From the IMG/VR virus record IMGVR_UViG_3300045988_032611, positions 1 to 27,551 of that record: a stretch of 27,551 nt of DNA. One strand, 5' to 3'. This document shows, one piece after another, positions 15,456 to 23,941 of this stretch. The position numbers and the translations under genes are program-made. Under the pieces are notes generated by a model. That model saw only the letters and a list, made by a program, of their open reading frames with translations. It ran no database searches and was not told where the DNA came from. Each line of letters starts with the position of its first letter. Positions within the stretch are counted from its first letter, which is position 1. Source of the stretch: a virus.

Positions 15456-15765
15456 CGTAGAGATCCTCCAATCTTTCAAGAGTCAGCAGAACATCATCGC
15501 CCTGCACCTGCTTCAGACTGATACGGTACTGGTTGCCATCCTCAAGGATGCAGTATTCCGCATTCGCAGGAAGCGTGGTGTTATAAGCAATGACTAATTT
15601 GTCTATCTGCTGCTTTGCACCGAGTGCCGCGTAGGCGCGAGTGACGCCGACAGTCCGCTCGTCATAATATGCATCGCATATCTTGACCAGCTTCTCCGTC
15701 GGCATACGTCCTGTTGCAGCCACATTTGCCAGGCTGTAGATGGTGAGCAGTCCTGCGTCATGCAT
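15433..15765 (-). CDS. Head closure protein (head-tail adaptor, H_T_join-like)
   Basis: Assigned from position after the gp6-like connector. C-terminal pattern DGNQYRISLKQVQGDDVLLTLER. 8-nt overlap with the upstream gene. Confidence 0.6.
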   Translation of the reverse strand: MHDAGLLTIYSLANVAATGRMPTEKLVKICDAYYDERTVGVTRAYAALGAKQQIDKLVIAYNTTLPANAEYCILEDGNQYRISLKQVQGDDVLLTLERLEDLYDVSPESP

Positions 15766-16054
15766 CGCCGCTCACCTCCCTGTATTGCCTGGACATCAGG
15801 AGTTGTGATTTCTGTTCGTCATATGACGCTTTAAGACGGTCATATGTGCCGTCATCAGGTGTCCCGAAGTTCATCCTGCAGTAGGTCAGCACTGCACGTT
15901 TGACCAGCGGCAACGGCTCGGTGTTCAACAGGTCGGGACTGATGTCCGTGATGCCCAGATCCGCAAGCCCTGCACTGATCAGATCAGTCAATTCATTGTT
16001 GAAGGCGGTTGTCGTAACACGGCACGCAACCTTCACATCGTCAAGTAGTGCCAT
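15758..16054 (-). CDS. gp6-like head-tail connector (Phage_connect_1-like)
   Basis: LLDDVKVACRVTTTAFNNELTDLISAGLADLGITDI is typical of this family. Confidence 0.7.
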   Translation of the reverse strand: MALLDDVKVACRVTTTAFNNELTDLISAGLADLGITDISPDLLNTEPLPLVKRAVLTYCRMNFGTPDDGTYDRLKASYDEQKSQLLMSRQYREVSGDA

Positions 16055-16069
16055 GTCAGCACCTCCCTG

Positions 16070-16231
16070 TTATTTTTTTTTGGTCTTCTTTGCCGTTTTC
16101 GGCTCGTCGACCTGTTCCACCCACTTCATACGCATGAAAAAAGCCGCTGTGTCCTCATCAACTGTGAAGACCTCACCGGCTCTGAATATCTGCGCTCCGT
16201 AGATGATGTCATTGATCGCTTTTAGCTCCAT
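16070..16231 (-). CDS. Small protein with a basic tail (53 aa), absent from the ORF track
   Basis: GAGGTGA RBS, then MELKAINDIIYGAQIFRAGEVFTVDEDTAAFFMRMKWVEQVDEPKTAKKTKKK. It fills the gap between the GT2-like gene and the connector gene. Confidence 0.5.
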   Translation of the reverse strand: MELKAINDIIYGAQIFRAGEVFTVDEDTAAFFMRMKWVEQVDEPKTAKKTKKK

Positions 16232-16850
16232 CGTCGTCACCTCTGAAAGCCCTGAAGAACGTACCGTCCACCACGCTGTAGCCTACATGACCGCATTCCA
16301 CGGATGGATCGCACCAGATCTTGTATCCGCACTGTCTTGCTCTCCAGCAGAAAGCGACATCCTCTCCGTTCCTCCCGATCGGTGAGAACATCTGCTCGAA
16401 TTTGCTCTGCACATCGAAGAACACATCTGTTTTCATCAGCACACAGCCGAATCCGCATCCGCCAACCTCGAACAGTCCGTCCGGAATGCTCTGGAACTCG
16501 CTGTAATCCGCCTCAACGCCGTTGATCTCGAGTTTATCGAAGAGCACCGGCGAGTAAGGAGGGATCCGGCGGAAGTACAGACCAGTGACGATGTCGAGAT
16601 CCTTCTCGGTCATCACGCGAAGGAGGCGTGTCAGTGCATCCGCCGGAAACTGCATATCTGAATCCATCCAGAATACGTAGTCATATTCGTTCTGGATAGC
16701 TGTGATGGCCATGCTGTCCCTTGCCGCGTATATCAGTGCTCCGCTCTTCATCGTCAGCGAACAGCCTTCAGGCTTCTCCAGCTGTGTGAGCGAATAGCAG
16801 AACGGTACAGGCACCTGATCCATGCATGGCACGGCGATAAGTATCTTCAT
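16209..16850 (-). CDS. GT2-like (GT-A fold) glycosyltransferase, soluble
   Basis: MKILIAVPCMD..., DYVFWMDSDMQFP (DxD), DIVTGLYF, GCGFGCVLMK, GEDVAFCWRARQCGYKIW. No TM segment seen. AAGGAGAA RBS before the ATG at 16850. Confidence 0.8.
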   Translation of the reverse strand: MKILIAVPCMDQVPVPFCYSLTQLEKPEGCSLTMKSGALIYAARDSMAITAIQNEYDYVFWMDSDMQFPADALTRLLRVMTEKDLDIVTGLYFRRIPPYSPVLFDKLEINGVEADYSEFQSIPDGLFEVGGCGFGCVLMKTDVFFDVQSKFEQMFSPIGRNGEDVAFCWRARQCGYKIWCDPSVECGHVGYSVVDGTFFRAFRGDDDGAKSDQ

Positions 16851-16875
16851 TGGGCTTCTCCTTTCCTTGATGAAT

Positions 16876-18033
16876 TTACTTGGTGATCTTGACGAAAGCG
16901 TTAGGTGCAACTACGCCGAGACCGATGTACTGCTCGCCCATGATCTCGATAAGGTTCTGCTTCTTCAGGGTCAGGTTGTCGAATGTAAATTCAATGCCTT
17001 CGCCGTTCGGGAAGTTAGCAAGTGCGCCCTGATCGAGGTCGCCGACGATCACGTATGTGTCACCTGTGGAAGCTGCGCTGAATGCCTTGATGGTGCTGTT
17101 GAATACGACAGGCAGACCTTCGAACGGATCAGCTGCGTAGTTGGCACCATACTGGATTTCTTTAAACTTCGCATAGGACAGCTTGTTCATCATGATGACC
17201 GGATTAGCGGCTTCGTCTGACAGGTTAGCGATAGCAGTAGCGATCGTGCCCATGTCAGGTGATGTAACAGCGATCTTCGGAACACCTGGGCAGGTGGTAG
17301 TTGATACTGTGCCGCAGGCTACGATCTTGGCTACCAGTTCGTCAGCAGCCTTCTTTGCGATCCTGTAGGTCAGCTCATCATAGATGTATCTGATGAACGC
17401 TTCGCCGCGAAGTGAATATACTTCCTTGGACAGCTGTACGACTTTCTTGATGTACTCAGGAACGAGATTAGCTACGCCCAGTACAAGATCTTCAGTGCTG
17501 ATGGCAGATGCACCTTCTGCGTGTACGGTTGCGTCAGATCCGGAGATCTCGAAGCCAACTTTAAGGTTGCCGCGCAGGTATGCCTTGCGAACACGGCTCA
17601 TGATGCCTTCTTTGCTCCATGCGGTGCGGACTACATCATAAACGAGTTCCGGAACTGCTACGGTCGCTGTGCCGTTAGGCGTGGTGTCGTTCTCTGTGGT
17701 CAGCATGTTCCTGCACTCTGTCGGGTCGCCGTTCTTGATGTACTCAGCGAATGCGTCAATGTATTCAGCTGAGTTTCTGATTTCGATGTCGCTCATTGTT
17801 TTTCTTTCCTCCAATTTTTCAAAAGTCTCAATTGTTTCGCCAGCTCCCTCTGCAACTGCAGCGCGGATCTCGGCTCTCTTGGCCTCTTCGGCCTTACGTG
17901 CTTCCAGTTCCTCGTTGATGCCTTTCACTTCCAGTTCAAGAGCGTCAAGGTCTGCGCCTTCACTCTCAACCTCTTCGGTGATAGCACTCTTACGGAGCAG
18001 AAGCTCATCTGTGTTCATTTCTCTAAGTTCCAT
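16876..18033 (-). CDS. Major capsid protein, HK97 fold, with an N-terminal coiled-coil delta/scaffold domain
   Basis: It follows the prohead protease. The N-terminus is a Glu/Ala/Lys-rich coiled coil. The rest is a typical HK97-family body (…YIKKVVQLSKEV…ANYAADPFEGLPVVFN…). Confidence 0.9.
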   Translation of the reverse strand: MELREMNTDELLLRKSAITEEVESEGADLDALELEVKGINEELEARKAEEAKRAEIRAAVAEGAGETIETFEKLEERKTMSDIEIRNSAEYIDAFAEYIKNGDPTECRNMLTTENDTTPNGTATVAVPELVYDVVRTAWSKEGIMSRVRKAYLRGNLKVGFEISGSDATVHAEGASAISTEDLVLGVANLVPEYIKKVVQLSKEVYSLRGEAFIRYIYDELTYRIAKKAADELVAKIVACGTVSTTTCPGVPKIAVTSPDMGTIATAIANLSDEAANPVIMMNKLSYAKFKEIQYGANYAADPFEGLPVVFNSTIKAFSAASTGDTYVIVGDLDQGALANFPNGEGIEFTFDNLTLKKQNLIEIMGEQYIGLGVVAPNAFVKITK

Positions 18034-18034
18034 G

Positions 18035-18628
18035 TCAAACCTCCGTTAATAGTTTGATTTTCTGTTTCTGTCTCTCGCGCTTCTCCCGCTCCAGTCGCTC
18101 CGCTTTCTCTGCCTCGATCACTCCGTCGAGCCAGTCGCGAGTCGCCACGCTTAATTCAGTGTATGGATTAGCCGGGAAGGTGACTGGTGATACATCGAAC
18201 ACCTTGTCGATCTTCCGGATTATCCTCGTCCTTGTCTTCTTGTCATAATCGTCATCTGCGACGCGGAAGGCGAATGACATCTGCGGATAGTTGCCAGCCT
18301 TAATGTCTGCATAGATCTCTCTGGCCTTCTCTGTCCGGCTCAGATCCGTGCGGTTGCCGAGACCATGCTCGTCTGTCCATACTTCGAGTGAGCCTGCAGA
18401 AGTCCTTGCGTAGACCTTCCCTTCATGGTCAATACGAAAAACGACATCTGACAGATCTGCGTTGTCAAATGCCGTTGGTTCGATTCTCTCGAAGTAATCT
18501 TTTCCATCTATTGTCGCGAGCTTGTAGGTGTCGAAGGTGCTCGCGTAACCTTCCACGATGTAGTTCGGCTCTTCCTCTGACGGCTGAATCCGAAGTTCCA
18601 TCGTCCTGTATTCTCTTGTATCTGGCAT
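18035..18628 (-). CDS. Prohead protease (HK97 family, S78/U35)
   Basis: YIVEGYASTFD...DHEGKVYAR...QMSFAFRV...VSPVTFPANP. ATG 18628 has better SD spacing than 18634, which overlaps the GT8 stop as ATGA. Confidence 0.85.
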   Translation of the reverse strand: MPDTREYRTMELRIQPSEEEPNYIVEGYASTFDTYKLATIDGKDYFERIEPTAFDNADLSDVVFRIDHEGKVYARTSAGSLEVWTDEHGLGNRTDLSRTEKAREIYADIKAGNYPQMSFAFRVADDDYDKKTRTRIIRKIDKVFDVSPVTFPANPYTELSVATRDWLDGVIEAEKAERLEREKRERQKQKIKLLTEV

Positions 18629-18630
18629 TT

Positions 18631-19305
18631 TCATACCTCCATAGCTTCATATTTCTTGACTAATGGTTTGTTTATCCAGTCATGCACCAGCTGTCCTGCG
18701 TAGTGTATGATTACAGGCTTTTTGTCTGTCGGTGCTGACCAGTAATGCACGTTGTATTCCGGCGGAAACTCCAGTATCTTCCCCCTGCACAGCTCGTTCG
18801 TCGCATCCTGCTCCAGAAACGCAAAATACCTGCTGTTGAGCGCATCGATTATTTTGTCTGCCATGCCGTCCCTCATCTTCTTGAGGTTGTACATGATCAC
18901 GCCCATGTTGACATAGATGTCACTGCCGCTCTTGTCCGGCTCCCTTCCGCCTGCAAGATAGTAGTCATCCAGCGGTAGTTCCCAGAGTTCAGAGATATCG
19001 CCGTCAACGATAGTATCGCAGTCCAGTGACAGCACTCTGTCCTCTTCCAAGTAGTAGCAGAGCGTTGTCCGCATCATCGCCATATAAGTGAAGGTCGGAT
19101 TGCCATAATTCAAACTGCCGACAGGGAAATACTGCTGGTCACTCACGTTGATGACTTTTATCTTCGAATGCTCAAACGGATACTCATCATCCTCTATCAG
19201 CAGGTAGACCGTATCAACGTCACTGTTCGCCAGCAGACTCTTGATCGGTGCTATCGTCGACTGGTACAGGTTCCTCGTCATGCAGTACGCTGCCGCCTTC
19301 TTCAT
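18631..19305 (-). CDS. GT8-like (retaining, GT-A fold) glycosyltransferase, soluble
   Basis: AAYCMTRNLYQ, LSLDCDTIV (DxD), NMGVIMYNLKKMR, PVIIHYAG. GGAGGT RBS. The start lies 86 nt inside the portal 3' end. Confidence 0.8.
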   Translation of the reverse strand: MKKAAAYCMTRNLYQSTIAPIKSLLANSDVDTVYLLIEDDEYPFEHSKIKVINVSDQQYFPVGSLNYGNPTFTYMAMMRTTLCYYLEEDRVLSLDCDTIVDGDISELWELPLDDYYLAGGREPDKSGSDIYVNMGVIMYNLKKMRDGMADKIIDALNSRYFAFLEQDATNELCRGKILEFPPEYNVHYWSAPTDKKPVIIHYAGQLVHDWINKPLVKKYEAMEV

Positions 19306-20461
19306 CGCCTACCTCCGAAACTTTTTCGTCTGCGTTCCAATATTCTCCACGGATAATACGCACATCTCCGCCCTCGACAGGCGGAAGGTTCCATATCTCC
19401 CTTGCGCCATTTATGCTTATGATGCCTCTGTCCAATAGCTGGGCAGATACATTCAGTTTTTCGTTATTGCTCAAATACTGCAGTCTGTTCGCAGTCGCCA
19501 TGACCTCGTTGCCCTGACTGCGCTCACGCAGAGTGAACAGCATTTTCGTCACAACCTCGCTGAACTGGATGGCGAACGGCTCGATCGCGCCTTCATAGAA
19601 TGCCGTCCATGCATCGCCGTATGCCCTGTTCAGCAGTATGTCTTCATTCACGCCGAAGTATTCATAAACGGATTCGTTGATTATCTTCATCTGATCCGCA
19701 TCGATGACCCACGGCTTGACATCTATCTGTTTGATGTCCTTGTAGGTATTTGGAAAGAGCAGGAGACCGCCGCCCTGTGCATCACGGCTGAAGTTCTTCT
19801 CCGTGAAGTCCTGACGTTCCTTCACAAGGTCTTCCGCCTTCGTGAAGTTCGCTACCTGCGCCATGAAGCGGTATGTGGCTGCGCTCTTGACACCTTCCTG
19901 TATGCCTTCGTTCTGGATGTGGATGAGATCCATCGTCGGTGCCAGCGCTTCGTTGTTCTCGCCGAAGAAGTCATTCCGCAGCTGGTACTTTGTCATGATT
20001 CCGCAGTTGGCCAGCTCTATCGCCGCATGATTACCCCATCCGAACTCGTAGCGCAGATAAGGGATATTTTTCACCGCCACGATTTCGCACTTCCGCGGAA
20101 TCGGAGTAAATATTCCCAACACTGCCCCGAACTCATCATAGATCGGCGTAATGAATGCCGTGTTGTAGACATCCAGTATGCTGCAGAGCCTGTACATGAA
20201 TTGGCTCCAAGTCTGGAATTGGTTCGGCGCATGTTTCAATTTCGCCTGAAGCGACGGTCTTGCCGCGCCGAGCACCTCCACACGGAGCTTGCTCACATGC
20301 GTCGCCCTTGCGTTGATCGCCGCCCTGACCAGCTGTGCCTCGTAGATAGATCCGCGCCATGACGTGAAGCGCGGAACATATCCATCCAGCATTCTGAATG
20401 TTTCTTCAGCTTCAATTTTCACTTTTGGCCTGTTTTTAAACAGGCTGTCGAAAAGTCCCAT
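19220..20461 (-). CDS. Portal protein (HK97-type Phage_portal family)
   Basis: 413 aa. SIYEAQLVRAAINARATHVSKL. The size and position fit a portal. Acidic C-terminal tail. Confidence 0.88.
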   Translation of the reverse strand: MGLFDSLFKNRPKVKIEAEETFRMLDGYVPRFTSWRGSIYEAQLVRAAINARATHVSKLRVEVLGAARPSLQAKLKHAPNQFQTWSQFMYRLCSILDVYNTAFITPIYDEFGAVLGIFTPIPRKCEIVAVKNIPYLRYEFGWGNHAAIELANCGIMTKYQLRNDFFGENNEALAPTMDLIHIQNEGIQEGVKSAATYRFMAQVANFTKAEDLVKERQDFTEKNFSRDAQGGGLLLFPNTYKDIKQIDVKPWVIDADQMKIINESVYEYFGVNEDILLNRAYGDAWTAFYEGAIEPFAIQFSEVVTKMLFTLRERSQGNEVMATANRLQYLSNNEKLNVSAQLLDRGIISINGAREIWNLPPVEGGDVRIIRGEYWNADEKVSEVGDEEGGSVLHDEEPVPVDDSTDQESAGEQ

Positions 20462-20473
20462 ATTTAATTCCTC

Positions 20474-21109
20474 TTACGCGAACAGGGTCTTGCCTGTCGG
20501 CAGTGTTAATTTATATACGTACACATCAAATTTGTCGTTGATGGTCAGCGTGTTGGTCGAGTTATATCGCTGTCTTATAGTCACCGTTCCGCTTGAGTTG
20601 ATCGAGTAGCCATACACGCCATACGAGCCGGTAGCAGTCGTATAGGCTCCGCTTGAACTTACTCGGATATACTCGACTGCCGGCGCGGAGAACGTGGAAG
20701 TTCCGCCGTTCGCCTTCTGATGGTTGACAAATATCGTGTCCGAACCGTAGAAATAGCCATTACGTTTGCCTGACTGTCCACGGATATGCACCCAGATGAC
20801 AGCGTCCTTCGTGTATGCGTCTGAACCACAGGCGATCGTTCCTGCGGAAGCGGCAGAAGTGGAAGTCGTGTTGATCGTCAGCGTTGTTGAGCCGAGCAAA
20901 GTCCAGTTAGATGTGCCACCGCCTGAAGACGTGCCCTGTGTCCGCACGCCTGCAGAAGTATAGAAATACTTTCCGCTCGCCACATCCGCAGCTGCCGCCG
21001 TTGTGTCCGTGACATCAGTGAAAGACGCTGTGCCTCCACCTGTCTTGGGAAGTGTCACTGCAGGGACGTTCGAATACGATGCGCCCATTAAAGTTATATT
21101 TTGTGCCAT
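20474..21109 (-). CDS. Ser/Thr/Gly-rich structural-type protein, 'MAQN' paralogue B (211 aa)
   Basis: N-terminus MAQNITLMGASYSNVPAVTLPKTGGGTASFTD...GKYFY is about 45% identical by eye to the N-terminus of 21120-21524. Confidence 0.65.
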   Translation of the reverse strand: MAQNITLMGASYSNVPAVTLPKTGGGTASFTDVTDTTAAAADVASGKYFYTSAGVRTQGTSSGGGTSNWTLLGSTTLTINTTSTSAASAGTIACGSDAYTKDAVIWVHIRGQSGKRNGYFYGSDTIFVNHQKANGGTSTFSAPAVEYIRVSSSGAYTTATGSYGVYGYSINSSGTVTIRQRYNSTNTLTINDKFDVYVYKLTLPTGKTLFA

Positions 21110-21119
21110 AGCGCACCTC

Positions 21120-21524
21120 CTATGAGATGCTCAGAACCTTGGTCGTGCTGTCCTGTGATATGGTCGGAAGCGACAGGCTGCCCGAAACTCCCAGAAGGGT
21201 CACTCCGCTCTTAATGTTTGACGCGATGATCTTCGCCTGTTCCGTCGAGCTGATGGAGACCGTTCCGCCAGACGTATATCCGGCAGGGATCGAGACCGTG
21301 CCCGCCTTCGTGGAGATCGTTCCGCTCGTTGAGCCGTTGTTTACCATTCCGCCGCTGACGGAGCCGCTTGAGCTGTAGCCGGTCTTGCCTGTCAACACGT
21401 CTGCGCTTGTGATGTCTGCGCCGGACGTGTCATAAAACTTTGCTGTTCCACCGCCGGAGAGCGGGATGTCCACCTCGGGGACGTTCTGGTATGTGACGCT
21501 ATTAATTACTACATTCTGAGCCAT
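21120..21524 (-). CDS. Ser/Thr/Gly-rich structural-type protein, 'MAQN' paralogue A (134 aa)
   Basis: MAQNVVINSVTYQNVPEVDIPLSGGGTAKFYD...GKTGY...STEQAKIIASNIKSGVTLLGVSG. From memory, this motif set recurs in fibre-like proteins of Clostridia phages. Confidence 0.65.
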   Translation of the reverse strand: MAQNVVINSVTYQNVPEVDIPLSGGGTAKFYDTSGADITSADVLTGKTGYSSSGSVSGGMVNNGSTSGTISTKAGTVSIPAGYTSGGTVSISSTEQAKIIASNIKSGVTLLGVSGSLSLPTISQDSTTKVLSIS

Positions 21525-21535
21525 TTTTTATCTCC

Positions 21536-21796
21536 TCATGAAACTGTAAGTGTTGACCCGTTCCATGTAATCAAGCCGTAGTTGCTCGGAATGGGGTCAA
21601 TGGTTATGTTTTCGGACAGGACAAGCCCCGCCGTTGCTATCGTCTGTGATTGCGACGAAGGCGTGAACTCGTACTCGCCGTGATATTTGTCGTTCGCGAT
21701 GACCGAGTCAAAAGCCGCGTTAAAAAAGCCGGCATCTTCCCCGAAACCGACCGTGAAATTTGACTCATCCGAAAATACGATATTGAACGATGCCAT
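21536..21796 (-). CDS. Small structural-type protein (86 aa)
   Basis: YHGEYEFTPSSQSQTIATAGLVLSENITIDPIPSNYGLITWNGSTLTVS. ATGA overlap with the upstream gene. Confidence 0.55.
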   Translation of the reverse strand: MASFNIVFSDESNFTVGFGEDAGFFNAAFDSVIANDKYHGEYEFTPSSQSQTIATAGLVLSENITIDPIPSNYGLITWNGSTLTVS

Positions 21797-22107
21797 CAGA
21801 TGACACCTTCCTTCAATATCTGCTGGACTGTCGCAGGCACGACATTGGATGCTACAACCCTGCCGTCGCTGAACCTTGCACGTATCTGGATGTAGACCGT
21901 GCTCGTGCTGAACGCCAGAGTCTCTTCCTGCGTCAGCCCGATGGTCAGCGTGTATCTGTCATCGTCAGTAGTGCCGAACGTGATGTCGTCCTTCGTCTTC
22001 TCGATGACGACCGCACCGTCCTGCTTGTACGTGATGTAGATGACATCCGCGTCGCTCAGGTCAAGTGCCGTCGTGAATGTATTCGTCGGTGTAGTTCCTC
22101 TGTACAT
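21796..22107 (-). CDS. Small beta-rich protein (103 aa), possibly an Ig-like decoration protein
   Basis: MYRGTTPTNTFTTALDLSDADVIYITYKQ...TLTIGLTQEETLAF...VYIQIRARF. GAGGAG RBS immediately after the TerL stop. Confidence 0.55.
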   Translation of the reverse strand: MYRGTTPTNTFTTALDLSDADVIYITYKQDGAVVIEKTKDDITFGTTDDDRYTLTIGLTQEETLAFSTSTVYIQIRARFSDGRVVASNVVPATVQQILKEGVI

Positions 22108-22109
22108 GT

Positions 22110-23897
22110 CTACTCCTCATTTATCAATCTGCCCCCGATTTCGGGGAACCATTTCTGTCGGACACAGAACGCATCTGCCAGTGCCGCGACACCGTCGATG
22201 TGTGCGTCCTTGTGTATCTTTACCAGCCTGCCGCGCCCACGCTCGACATCCATCTTGATGGCGGCGTTCAGCATGTGCACCTTCAGCAGGTCATTGTCTC
22301 CAATATGTATCTTGCCATCCCTTAACAGGCCTTCCATCTCCTGCAGCACAGGCCAGAGGTTATTCCCCTGATATACGTCATCGCATTTAAAGCCATACGC
22401 CTCCAGATCCTGCACAAGATACTGCGCTGAGTATCTGTCATAACCGACAGCCAGCGGAAGTATCTCGTACTCTTCCACCAGGCTTCTCAGCCAGTCATAA
22501 CAATCATGGTAGTCGATGAAGTTCTCTCCCGACGGAGCAAGCAAGCCTCTTTTGATATATATATCGTAAGGGAGACCGTCCCTGGCTGTCGCTTCCTCGA
22601 TCTTCTCCGCCGGGAGCCAGAACTTGGCAAAAACGTACAATTCTCCTTCTTTTTCTATGACCACGGTTGCCGCTGTGAGGTCTGTGGTCTGTGACAGGTC
22701 GATGCCTGCCACGCAGTATTTGCTCCTAAACTTCTCCAGCTTCAAAGGCGGTCCGCTTGCTTTCTCGATGACTTCTGACGGAAGCCATGCAAGTGAACTG
22801 TTCTGCTTGAGGTTCGAGTATTTAGTGATGAACTCCCGCTTTTTGCTCAAGGAGCCTTCAGCGATGGCAATCTCTTCCAGAAGGTAGTCAACAGACACGC
22901 TGACACCCAGATTAGGATTGCTCTTCCTCAGCTCGTTGATATCATTCCACTTGTCGATATCATCAATCATGTACAAAAAAGGCAGCAGCCTTGTCTCTTT
23001 GCTGTTGCCTGTTAAGAATGACGTAGATCTCTTGACCAGTTCGTCGTAGATGCCGTCATTGATATAGCCTGCTGTCGAACATGACAGAAGGATGGAAGGA
23101 TTGTCACCCATCTCCCTGGCACCCATGCCCGACTTCATGACTTCGTATTGCTTCAAACCTGCATCGCCCTGCCATGAAGCTATCTCATCACAGATAGTCA
23201 GCGATGGATTGAAGCCGTCTGACTTCTTTGCGCTGAATGCTATCTTCTTGATGACCGAATTCGTGCCGGTTATCGTCAGGCCTTCGCGTTTGTGCTTTGC
23301 CAGCATCTCGTCGCTCATCTGTCTGGCGTTGTGAATGTTCTTGCTTGCGTCAATCTCCTCACGCAGGTTCTGCCAGTCAGGATCTAACTCTGTCATATGC
23401 CAGACGGAACTATACACAAGGTCAGCCTGCTCCAACTTCGGAGCGATGCAGTATATCCTTGAGCCGTAACCTCCGTCCACATACCAGATGTATTTCGCGA
23501 TGGCAGCTGCGAACAGTGTCTTGCCGTTCTTCCTGGCTACTACCAGGAGCACTTCACGGAACTGCCGCTTGCCTTTTGCGTCCGTGATGCCGAAGATACA
23601 GCTGACGATTGCCTTCTGCCATACTTCCAACTTCAGATAGCTCGGCGCGAGCGGTCCTTCCGTATGAAATGAGTGCGCTTCTATCCACTCAATCGCATCG
23701 TTTGCCTTCTTCTGGTCGAACTTGAACGTGCCGTCCTCGAGTTTCGCGATAATGTAGTCATATAAAAGCTCTATCCATCTGCCTACCGTGACAGAACCAT
23801 TTTTAATTTGCTGGTAGTAAGCATAGATGTAATTATCTTTTAGCTTCTTCGCCATACTTTCATTAAGTCGCTCTCGTTTGCGGGAAAAGATATCCAA
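22110..23897 (-). CDS. terL: Terminase large subunit (Terminase_1 family)
   Basis: ATPase motif LVVARKNGKTLFAAAIA. ...ICDEIASW (Walker B-like). C-terminal nuclease region ...GIDLSQTTDLTA...IDGVAALADA. The start is uncertain: TTG at 23897 or ATG at 23855. Confidence 0.92.
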   Translation of the reverse strand: MDIFSRKRERLNESMAKKLKDNYIYAYYQQIKNGSVTVGRWIELLYDYIIAKLEDGTFKFDQKKANDAIEWIEAHSFHTEGPLAPSYLKLEVWQKAIVSCIFGITDAKGKRQFREVLLVVARKNGKTLFAAAIAKYIWYVDGGYGSRIYCIAPKLEQADLVYSSVWHMTELDPDWQNLREEIDASKNIHNARQMSDEMLAKHKREGLTITGTNSVIKKIAFSAKKSDGFNPSLTICDEIASWQGDAGLKQYEVMKSGMGAREMGDNPSILLSCSTAGYINDGIYDELVKRSTSFLTGNSKETRLLPFLYMIDDIDKWNDINELRKSNPNLGVSVSVDYLLEEIAIAEGSLSKKREFITKYSNLKQNSSLAWLPSEVIEKASGPPLKLEKFRSKYCVAGIDLSQTTDLTAATVVIEKEGELYVFAKFWLPAEKIEEATARDGLPYDIYIKRGLLAPSGENFIDYHDCYDWLRSLVEEYEILPLAVGYDRYSAQYLVQDLEAYGFKCDDVYQGNNLWPVLQEMEGLLRDGKIHIGDNDLLKVHMLNAAIKMDVERGRGRLVKIHKDAHIDGVAALADAFCVRQKWFPEIGGRLINEE

Positions 23898-23941
23898 ACC
23901 GACCGCTCCGCCGATTGATGAATTATTTTTTTGACCGGGGG

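Noticed and set aside
16209-19305. The glycosyltransferases as DNA-glucosylating enzymes or as an O-antigen/teichoic-acid seroconversion (Gtr-like) system
   Set aside because: There is no hydroxymethyl-base synthesis gene, and the folds look GT-A rather than the T4 GT-B type. There is no membrane flippase or bactoprenol-linked GT, and the genes lie in the late head operon rather than the lysogeny region. Action on host polymers late in infection remains an untested alternative.
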